Shown: piece after piece, positions 1 to 7,344 of the stretch
Layout: every line of letters starts with the position of its first letter
How positions within the stretch are numbered: position 1 is the first letter of the stretch
From: a virus
DNA: 64,000 nt
Reading direction: 5' to 3' (one strand)
IMG/VR virus record: IMGVR_UViG_3300042868_011620
Span: 1-64,000 of that record
Program-made: the position numbers and the translations under genes
The notes under the pieces: model-generated
Told to the model about the DNA's origin: nothing
Database searches by the model: none
Seen by the model: only the letters and a program-made list of their open reading frames with translations

Positions 1-279
1 AACGACTAACACTGCCGACCAACGCTACGTTGAACTCACTGACTTGCCAGTTTATCAAACTGGCGATCAAACGATTTCGGGAATCAAAGCGTTTGCCGTT
101 CGACCAACGGTCAACGGAACTGGCGTTATCCTTTCAGGAGAGTTGGCGACTGGATCATTCTTAACGACTGGCGCTGGTGACACGCGATACGCATTAGCTG
201 GCGCTACTGGCTCATTCTTAACGACTAACACTGCCGACCAACGCTACGTTGAACTCACTGACCTGCCAGTTTATCAAAC
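1..279 (+). repeat. Direct repeat of about 60 bp (1-60 vs 221-279) in the fibre gene
   Basis: aacgactaacactgccgaccaacgctacgttgaactcactgac(t/c)tgccagtttatcaaac occurs twice; a second looser repeat pairs about 86-180 with about 1045-1140. Confidence 0.9.
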
Positions 280-1948
280 AGGAAATCAAACCATCTCAGG
301 AACTAAAACATTTGCAAAAGATATCATTGTTAATGATATTTCATTCGGCAGAGGATCTGGCAATATCAGCACTAATATAGCAATAGGTGCGTCGGGTTTA
401 AATAGCAATATATCTGGAACTGGTAATATAGCAATTGGCGCAAAAAACTTGTTTACTAATCCATATAGTAATAATAATACGGCAATCGGCTTTCAGAGTC
501 TTATTAATATTACTAGTGGATCTAATAATATAGCAATTGGTAAAGATGCAGGGTTTTCTTCTATTAATCCTACAGAGACTATTAATTTAGAAGCTATAAA
601 TAATAGTATATTAATAGGTAATACTACAAGCGCTTACGAGGCTAATGGCGACACTAATTTTATAGTCATTGGAGATCAAGCAGTGGGCATGAGTAGCAAC
701 TCAGTAGTTTTAGGTAATAATGCTATAACTAATACTTATCTTAAAGGAGCTGCACAAATACATAGATTAGCCGCAAATCCATACGATTATGATCGTATTG
801 CAATGCAATGGAAAGGATTTACTGGAACAATTGGTACTAGTAGAGCTGGCGCGGGCGTAGCAAGAGATTTTGCATTAGAGACAGATGGTACAGCTAGAAT
901 GATTATTACCACTGGTGGTAATATTGGTATTAATAATTTAACTCCAACAGAAAGACTAGATGTTAATGGTAATGCTAAAGTATCTGGATCTTTCTCTACT
1001 AATACTCTGGGGGTAAGTGGAGCAAGCGTATTTAATTCATCAGCAGCGTTTACCGTTCGACCTACGGTCAGTGGAACTGGCGTTCTTCTGTCAGGAGAGC
1101 TGGCTACTGGCGCATTCTTGACAACTGGCGCTGGCGACGGAAGGTACGCCAGCATTTCCAACTCGTACTTAACGACTAGCGCTGGAGACCAACGCTATAT
1201 ATTAACTGGCAGTAGTGCTACTGGCGCATTCTTGACGACTGGCGCTGCTGATTTGAGATACGTTGAATTTATTGATCAGCCAGTTTATCAAACTGGAGTT
1301 CAAACAATTAGTGGTATTAAAACTTTTGTAGATGATATTAAATTAGGCATTTCTGGCGATATAGTATTAGCTAGAGATGGGGCTGGAATTCTAGCTCAGC
1401 GCAGTGGAACAAATCCACAAGAATCACGTATTTATGGAACATATACTAGCGCTACTAATTTTGAAAGATTAGCATTAAAATACAATACACCCAACTTAGC
1501 ATTCCAAATAGCCGCAGAGAGCGGCAGTGCGGGAGGCTCTGCTAGAGCACTTCAATTCTTAACATCTGGAACTAGCCGCATGACAGTTGCTGCAAATGGT
1601 GCGGTTAGCGTATCTGGTCACTTCTCAGCAGCTACTAAATCGTTCTTAATTCCTCATCCTACTAAACCATCCAAGCAACTTCAATACGCTTGTTTAGAAG
1701 GTCCAGAAAACGGCGTTTATATTCGCGGCAAGACTAATGAATCCATTATCCTCCTCCCAGATTATTGGGGCAAATTAGTAGACGAAGACTCTGTCACTGT
1801 CACTGCTACACCAATTGGTAAGTTTCAGCAGCTATTTGTTGCATCTCAAACTTCTGAGAGTGTAGAAATAGGTAATGTTGATGGTTTTTATAATTACGTA
1901 ATTTATGGAGAGCGTAAAGATGTTGATAAACTAATAACAGAAATTTAA
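44..1948 (+). CDS. Tail fibre protein, 5'-truncated at the window edge, with internal repeats and a C-terminal chaperone-like domain
   Basis: Repeated PVYQTGxQTISGxKxF and TGxFLTTGAxDxRY units; NIAIG beta-roll repeats; GNIGINNLTPTERLDVNG fibre motif; C-terminal KSFLIPHP...LEGPENGVYIRG typical of phage fibre C-termini. The frame is open to the window start. Confidence 0.8.
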   Translation: MPVYQTGDQTISGIKAFAVRPTVNGTGVILSGELATGSFLTTGAGDTRYALAGATGSFLTTNTADQRYVELTDLPVYQTGNQTISGTKTFAKDIIVNDISFGRGSGNISTNIAIGASGLNSNISGTGNIAIGAKNLFTNPYSNNNTAIGFQSLINITSGSNNIAIGKDAGFSSINPTETINLEAINNSILIGNTTSAYEANGDTNFIVIGDQAVGMSSNSVVLGNNAITNTYLKGAAQIHRLAANPYDYDRIAMQWKGFTGTIGTSRAGAGVARDFALETDGTARMIITTGGNIGINNLTPTERLDVNGNAKVSGSFSTNTLGVSGASVFNSSAAFTVRPTVSGTGVLLSGELATGAFLTTGAGDGRYASISNSYLTTSAGDQRYILTGSSATGAFLTTGAADLRYVEFIDQPVYQTGVQTISGIKTFVDDIKLGISGDIVLARDGAGILAQRSGTNPQESRIYGTYTSATNFERLALKYNTPNLAFQIAAESGSAGGSARALQFLTSGTSRMTVAANGAVSVSGHFSAATKSFLIPHPTKPSKQLQYACLEGPENGVYIRGKTNESIILLPDYWGKLVDEDSVTVTATPIGKFQQLFVASQTSESVEIGNVDGFYNYVIYGERKDVDKLITEI

Positions 1949-1950
1949 AT

Positions 1951-2589
1951 ATGGCGTGTAATTATCAAAATAAAATAGTCACAAATGGGCTTATAGCATG
2001 TTTGGACGCTTCTGATAAGAAAAGTTATCCTGGCAGCGGTACGACTTGGTTTGATCGAAGTGGTAACGGAAATAATGGAACACTTGCTGGAGGCGTTATT
2101 TATAGCAATGCAAATGGTGGTTTATTTGATTTTGATGGAATAGATGATTCTATAACTATACCAATAAATCTTACGATTTCAAGATATACTATAATAGCTG
2201 TTGCAAGATATAAAGGAACTAATAATCAAAGAATAGTCTCATCTCCAACATCTAACTGGTTAATGGGGTGGTGGAACGTGCGGACAAATCAGTATTACGC
2301 CGAAGGATGGGTTCATAACCCTTCGGGCGTAGCAGAAACTAGTTGGATTTGTTACGCAGCAACTGGTGATACATTTGGAGATATTTGGCAGTTATATAGA
2401 AATGGAGCATTAATAGGAGGTCCAAATGCTAATGGCTCATATGGTCCAAATGGAATTAAATTAGGCGGTTGGGTTTCAAGCGAATTTTCAGCTTGTCAAG
2501 TTTCTTGCCTTTTAGTATATAATAGAGTTTTAACTCCACAAGAAATCACCCAAAACTTCAACGCCACAAGAGGAAGGTTCGGAATATGA
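1951..2589 (+). CDS. LamG/concanavalin A-like lectin domain protein (array copy 1)
   Basis: IVTNGLIACLDASDKKSYPGSGTTWFDRSGNGNNGTL N-terminus, FDGIDD, LYRNG, YNRVLTPQEI C-terminus. Confidence 0.85.
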   Translation: MACNYQNKIVTNGLIACLDASDKKSYPGSGTTWFDRSGNGNNGTLAGGVIYSNANGGLFDFDGIDDSITIPINLTISRYTIIAVARYKGTNNQRIVSSPTSNWLMGWWNVRTNQYYAEGWVHNPSGVAETSWICYAATGDTFGDIWQLYRNGALIGGPNANGSYGPNGIKLGGWVSSEFSACQVSCLLVYNRVLTPQEITQNFNATRGRFGI

Positions 2590-3302
2590 GCTTAAGTCAC
2601 TCTCCTAAGATTGTAACTAATGGGCTGGTCTTGTGTTTAGACGCCGCCGATAAGAAGAGTTATCCTGGAACTGGAACGCTTTGGACTGATCGAAGCGGGA
2701 ATGGGAACAATGGAACATTAACTAATGGCCCAACATTTAACAGTACTAATGGAGGCTCTATTGTTTTTAATGGAAATCTTACTTACGGCAGCGTTTCCTG
2801 CGCACAATTTCAATCTGGCAATAATCCATTCACTATAGAATGCTGGGTAAAATGGTTTGGTGATGGTACAAATACATTTAATTGTATATTTGGTTATGGA
2901 TCTGATACTGGTCCAAATAGGGTGCCTCTTTTATATCCGAGTAGTAATTTATTTAAATTTGAATTCGGAAGTAATTCTGGAGCTGTTGTTTCTTCAAGTA
3001 TTTTAATAAATTCTTGGTATCATGTTACAGCTACATATGATTTAAGCTCTTGTAAAATATATGTAAATGGAGTTTTACAAAATAGTACTTCTTATTCTGC
3101 TGCAAATGTGATATTAGTTGGAAATAATGGGGCGCTTGCTGGTATAGGATCACTATTTAGTTCATTTGGCAATGTTGGAAGTCCCTCTAGATATGGAACA
3201 TTTAATGGAAATATTGCAAAAATTGCTTATTATAGAAAAGCACTCTCCGCAGCAGAAATCCTCCAAAACTTCAACGCCACAAGAGGGAGGTATGGAATAT
3301 GA
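2586..3302 (+). CDS. LamG/ConA-like lectin domain protein (copy 2)
   Basis: Same conserved termini; FTIECWVK, WYHVTATYD, IYVNG LamG motifs; ATGA overlap with copy 1. Confidence 0.85.
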   Translation: MSLSHSPKIVTNGLVLCLDAADKKSYPGTGTLWTDRSGNGNNGTLTNGPTFNSTNGGSIVFNGNLTYGSVSCAQFQSGNNPFTIECWVKWFGDGTNTFNCIFGYGSDTGPNRVPLLYPSSNLFKFEFGSNSGAVVSSSILINSWYHVTATYDLSSCKIYVNGVLQNSTSYSAANVILVGNNGALAGIGSLFSSFGNVGSPSRYGTFNGNIAKIAYYRKALSAAEILQNFNATRGRYGI

Positions 3303-3964
3303 GTTCTAGTGCTAGTCCTGATATTGTGACAAATGGTTTGGTATTGTGTTTAGACGCGGCGGATAAGAAGAGTTATCCTGGCAGCGGCACTGTTTGGAAT
3401 GATCGAAGCAGTAATAACAATCATGGAACATTAATTAATGGCCCCACATTTAGTGGTATTAATGGTGGGTCTATTGTGTTTGATGGGAGTAATGACTTTG
3501 TAAGTTCTAACTATATGCCACCGACGGGCACAAATCCTAGAACTGTTTCTATATGGTTTAATCCTGATATAATACAAAATAAAAATCTATTAGGATATGG
3601 AACCGCTGGTCCATTGCAGATGTGGGACATATTATTATACAATGGATCTATTCAAGTACATTTGTATGCATCAGATAATGTAGCAATTACTCCTTACCAA
3701 ATTAATAAATGGCAAAATATTGTATTTACTTTTACGTATCCAACAATAACTGCGTACATGGATGGCATACTAAAAAATAGCTATACAAATTCAGCAATAA
3801 ACACTGGAACTGGAAATTCTTTAAGCTTATCAAAGGGGGTTTATAGCCCATACTCTTATTTCGATGGATTGATGTCAAATGTTCAAATCTATAATCGCGC
3901 TTTATCAGAAGCAGAAATTAAACAAAACTTTAAAAATACTAAATCCAGATTCAACATCCTTTAA
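3299..3964 (+). CDS. LamG/ConA-like lectin domain protein (copy 3)
   Basis: RTVSIWF, WQNIVFT, YMDG, YNRALSEAEI motifs. Confidence 0.85.
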   Translation: MSSSASPDIVTNGLVLCLDAADKKSYPGSGTVWNDRSSNNNHGTLINGPTFSGINGGSIVFDGSNDFVSSNYMPPTGTNPRTVSIWFNPDIIQNKNLLGYGTAGPLQMWDILLYNGSIQVHLYASDNVAITPYQINKWQNIVFTFTYPTITAYMDGILKNSYTNSAINTGTGNSLSLSKGVYSPYSYFDGLMSNVQIYNRALSEAEIKQNFKNTKSRFNIL

Positions 3965-3982
3965 CACTAATAAACAATCAAC

Positions 3983-4669
3983 ATGGCCATAGATTATCAA
4001 AATAAAATAGTTACTAATGGACTAATAGTGTGTTTGGATGCTTCTGATAGAAGAAGCTACCCTACAACTGGAACCACTTGGTTCGATAGAACTAAGAATA
4101 AAAACCATGCAACACTTGTAGCTGGTCCAGTATATAGTGGAATTAATCGAGGAACAATAGCATTTGATGGAACAGATGATTATGTATCTGTACCATGCCC
4201 TCAGTTGGCAGGTAAAGCTACAACTACATTAGACATGTATACAAATTGGCGATCACTAGATGCTCGCATGTTTTGTGGATTTACAACGTATACTGTATTT
4301 ACACCAGGTGGCGCATTAGGATATAATAATGGAGCTTCAAATTGTCTTGGAATTTCAGCAGCAGCAGTCACAGCATTAGGACTTAAAAATAAATTTCATC
4401 ATTATGCTTTTGTAATGAATAGCGCTGGTAATCTATCTGCTAATAAAATTTATATTGATGGAGTTAATATTGGTCCGCTAACTGCGGTTGCAGGAGCTGA
4501 TGGTCTATGCGCTACTTTTACTACTGGAATGCGTGTATGTGATTGGAATAATGGTGGAGGGTATAATGCTGATCATGTAGTTAGTTCATTTAGAATTTAT
4601 GATAGAGAACTTACAGTTCAAGAAATTCAACAAAACTTCAACGCCACAAGAGGAAGGTTCGGAGTATGA
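3983..4669 (+). CDS. LamG/ConA-like lectin domain protein (copy 4)
   Basis: N-terminus closest to copy 1 (YQNKIVTNGLI); FDGTDDY, IYIDG, YDRELTVQEI. Confidence 0.85.
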   Translation: MAIDYQNKIVTNGLIVCLDASDRRSYPTTGTTWFDRTKNKNHATLVAGPVYSGINRGTIAFDGTDDYVSVPCPQLAGKATTTLDMYTNWRSLDARMFCGFTTYTVFTPGGALGYNNGASNCLGISAAAVTALGLKNKFHHYAFVMNSAGNLSANKIYIDGVNIGPLTAVAGADGLCATFTTGMRVCDWNNGGGYNADHVVSSFRIYDRELTVQEIQQNFNATRGRFGV

Positions 4670-5343
4670 GTTGCGAGAGCGGTCCTAATATAATTACTAA
4701 AGGTCTAATTCTTCATTTAGATGCCGCAGACAAGAAAAGTTATGTAGGCAGCGGAACTCTTTGGAATAATAGATGTGGTAAAAAAGATAAGGGAACCTTA
4801 ACTAACGCCCCAGTGTATAATGCTGCAAATGGTGGATTTTTACAATTTAATAATAATACTTTTATTGCGATTCCCAACGATACAATATATAACACTCAAA
4901 CGCCAACTATTATAGTATGGGTCAAGACTAATAATACAAATCAACAAGGAGTATGGTTTGAAAAAGGAAATCCAACAAAACAATACTCATTACTTCAAGA
5001 AAATGCTAATATCAACTGGAGAATTGAAATAGGGGGCAACACTACTAATTTAACTGTCGCAACAGCAACATACATGAATACATCAAACTGGTATCAAGTA
5101 GCTGGCACTTATTCTTCTGGATTTAAAAGACTTTATATCAATGGAGTATTAGTAAATTCAGCTTCTAATAGTGGAAGCATCTCTACTGATGCAGGAGGAG
5201 TTACTGTTGGAGCGCGTGGGGGCGGCGGCGGCACTAATTATAATGGAAATCTTGCAATTTGCAAACTGTATAATAGAGTGTTATCTGCTGAAGAAATTCA
5301 ACAAAACTTTAATTCGACTAAATCCAGATTCGGTTTACTATAA
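4666..5343 (+). CDS. LamG/ConA-like lectin domain protein (copy 5)
   Basis: WYQVAGTY, LYING, YNRVLSAEEI; C-terminus TKSRFG resembles copy 3. Confidence 0.85.
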   Translation: MSCESGPNIITKGLILHLDAADKKSYVGSGTLWNNRCGKKDKGTLTNAPVYNAANGGFLQFNNNTFIAIPNDTIYNTQTPTIIVWVKTNNTNQQGVWFEKGNPTKQYSLLQENANINWRIEIGGNTTNLTVATATYMNTSNWYQVAGTYSSGFKRLYINGVLVNSASNSGSISTDAGGVTVGARGGGGGTNYNGNLAICKLYNRVLSAEEIQQNFNSTKSRFGLL

Positions 5344-5351
5344 TAAATAAA

Positions 5352-5918
5352 ATGGCTAATATATTAATGATCCCCGCGTCAGGCTCTATTGTTTTTGATT
5401 CGCAATCAGCAGGTTCGAGCACAATTTCATCACTCACTGGTGCTCCAAGATTATCATATGATAATGCTGGAGGCTTGAATATAAGTAGTTATACTACTGG
5501 ATTAAGCGCTCGCAATAGACTCTCTATAGATGGCAACTACGGCAGATTATTAACCGTGTCTGATAGTTCTACTGGAGTTATATTTTCCGTTAATGATGCA
5601 GCAGGCTTGCCAGTTATTCAAGTTGAATCGAATCTTACAGATATAATAACAATTGGAACTTACGAGTTCAATACTTTAGTTGTTAATGATACTAGAGTTG
5701 GTATTGGCACTGCAACGCCAAGTGAAGCTTTAACAGTCAGCGGAAATATCAGAAACACTGCATTAGTTTTGACTAGCGGATTTGCCTCTACAGGAATTGC
5801 TCCAGCTACAACTGGAGCCTCTGGAGTTAGCGGCCAAATTGCATTCAGCAGCACTTTCCTTTATCGACACAATGGAACTAATTGGCAAAGAACAGGCATT
5901 GGTTTTGCTAATTGGTAA
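5352..5918 (+). CDS. Short tail-fibre-like virion protein
   Basis: RVGIGTATPSEALTVSGN fibre motif; C-terminal GxSGQIAF...LY....WQR domain resembles the end of the 896-aa fibre. Confidence 0.65.
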   Translation: MANILMIPASGSIVFDSQSAGSSTISSLTGAPRLSYDNAGGLNISSYTTGLSARNRLSIDGNYGRLLTVSDSSTGVIFSVNDAAGLPVIQVESNLTDIITIGTYEFNTLVVNDTRVGIGTATPSEALTVSGNIRNTALVLTSGFASTGIAPATTGASGVSGQIAFSSTFLYRHNGTNWQRTGIGFANW

Positions 5919-5920
5919 TA

Positions 5921-6997
5921 TTAGCTTGACTCTTTATCTTTCGATCCAATAATTGGTTCTAAAATAGTAGAATAGATGAATTCATAATGCTTTTTAAAAG
6001 CTGGTATTTTCATGAATCTAGAACTATTAACAGAAAAACAACTAATAATTTTCATGATTTTTGATGGTCTTTCAGATTCAAGAGAGTAGCTTTCTTGAAT
6101 TAAATCAAATAAACTTTCCAAGGCTTTTACTCTAATCATAATCTCATAGCAGCAATTGTACTCCTGAAGCTTTTCTTGATAGAGTGCTGGATCTTGATAT
6201 TCCGCAAAAGATTGAACGATTAATTTTTCAGATGCGTGATCTAAATTAAAATTAATAACTAACGATGCTACGTCCAAGTATAAGTTGCTTGTAAAGCATT
6301 TTGTAAAATTTACAAACTTAAAATTAAACTCTCTAAATAAAATATTTTCTAAGTTTAAATTGCCATGACACAATTCTTTTTTTTCTAAAATTAAAGGTTT
6401 GTAAAAATTATTAATATCATTTTTAATTTCTTCAGTGATCTTATTGATAGTCTCTATTTGATTTTTACTTTTAAAAACTTCAACAACTTCATCTGGTAAG
6501 TTAGCCGCCGAGCACTCTGATAAAACTCTAGATAAAAAAGAGTTCACATTGCCTCTGGAGAGATTCTTATTTTGCAATGAAAAGTAATTTTCAATAAAAT
6601 CTGGCAGAAAGTCCATGAGAACAGATCTTCCACATTCATTAATTGTTTCAGCATATTCAAAAGATGTTACTGAGTACACAATTTCATCACCAAATTTTAA
6701 CTTTCCATGAGCAATGATAGTTGGTTGCCACGCAAATTCACTAGTGCTTAAAATAGAACTTTCATTCTCAAAACCTTTATAAGAAGAGTCTAAACTATAT
6801 TTTACAAAATAAGATTTATCATCAACTATTACTTTATAGCAATCGTAATTTACGTTAGCAGAAATAAATTCAACACTTAAAATCTCTCCTAATTTACAAA
6901 CTTTAACAATTTCATCAATAATCTCAAAATCATTCGACGCTCCTTCTTTACCATCAAAGACAAAAGCTTTATTTTTAAATAAATTTTTTAAATCCAT
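5921..6997 (-). CDS. APH/choline-kinase-fold protein with substituted catalytic Asp residues (pseudokinase-like)
   Basis: YFVKY..NE N-lobe, LCHGNLNLENILF (normally HGD), FKFVNF (normally D-F/W). Start moved from 7054 to ATG 6997 because the extension lies in a terminator. Confidence 0.6.
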   Translation of the reverse strand: MDLKNLFKNKAFVFDGKEGASNDFEIIDEIVKVCKLGEILSVEFISANVNYDCYKVIVDDKSYFVKYSLDSSYKGFENESSILSTSEFAWQPTIIAHGKLKFGDEIVYSVTSFEYAETINECGRSVLMDFLPDFIENYFSLQNKNLSRGNVNSFLSRVLSECSAANLPDEVVEVFKSKNQIETINKITEEIKNDINNFYKPLILEKKELCHGNLNLENILFREFNFKFVNFTKCFTSNLYLDVASLVINFNLDHASEKLIVQSFAEYQDPALYQEKLQEYNCCYEIMIRVKALESLFDLIQESYSLESERPSKIMKIISCFSVNSSRFMKIPAFKKHYEFIYSTILEPIIGSKDKESS

Positions 6998-7009
6998 AAA
7001 TTTGTATAT

Positions 7010-7043
7010 AAAAAAAATGGGATGCGCTATTAGCGCATCCCAT
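7010..7043 (-). terminator. Rho-independent terminator after the 84-aa gene
   Basis: 12-bp stem atgggatgcgct-att-agcgcatcccat followed by a T-run on the minus strand. Confidence 0.85.
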
Positions 7044-7053
7044 ATGCTATCCA

Positions 7054-7308
7054 CTAGTAACGGACAACATATTCATTTTTGGAAATTCGCACCTTAGCAA
7101 TAGACTTTTTACTAAAACTCCTAAACTGATCAGCATTGCGATCATAAACTGTCATGTAACAATTAGTCTCACCCACAAAACGCGCATTGAGAGTTTCACC
7201 TTGAACTGTATCTAATCCAAAGTATCTGCCGCGAGAACCTCTGAGAGCGGAAACTGTTTCGTTTAAAGTAGAAGAGCGTCGTTGATGTGATGTGGTTGTG
7301 TTATTCAT
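7054..7308 (-). CDS. Small WYL/SH3-fold-like phage protein
   Basis: MTVYDRNADQFRSFSKKSI resembles the YD....WRSF motif of phage WYL-like beta-barrel proteins; it has its own promoter and terminator. Confidence 0.45.
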   Translation of the reverse strand: MNNTTTSHQRRSSTLNETVSALRGSRGRYFGLDTVQGETLNARFVGETNCYMTVYDRNADQFRSFSKKSIAKVRISKNEYVVRY

Positions 7309-7315
7309 ATAGGAG

Positions 7316-7344
7316 ATATTAACTCAACAACAGCTTATTGTCAA
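7316..7344 (-). promoter_or_regulatory. Sigma70-like promoter TTGACA-17-TAATAT
   Basis: Ends 7 nt before ATG 7308. Confidence 0.6.

Larger units (their letters stand above)
2551..4670 (+). repeat. Three copies of a 40-bp repeat spanning LamG stop/start junctions (2551-2590, 3264-3303, 4631-4670)
   Basis: caaaacttcaacgccacaagaggaaggttcggaatatgag; copy 3 matches copy 1 at 39/40 and copy 2 matches at 37/40. Confidence 0.9.

Noticed and set aside
1-5343. Diversity-generating retroelement acting on fibre or LamG genes
   Set aside because: No reverse transcriptase in the window, and repeat mismatches are not confined to adenines.
1951-5343. Invertase-driven shufflon
   Set aside because: All copies are complete, co-oriented genes; repeats are direct and no recombinase is nearby.
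6998-7054. N-terminal extension of the kinase-like ORF given in the ORF track
   Set aside because: It runs through the terminator hairpin of the upstream gene; ATG 6997 is more plausible.
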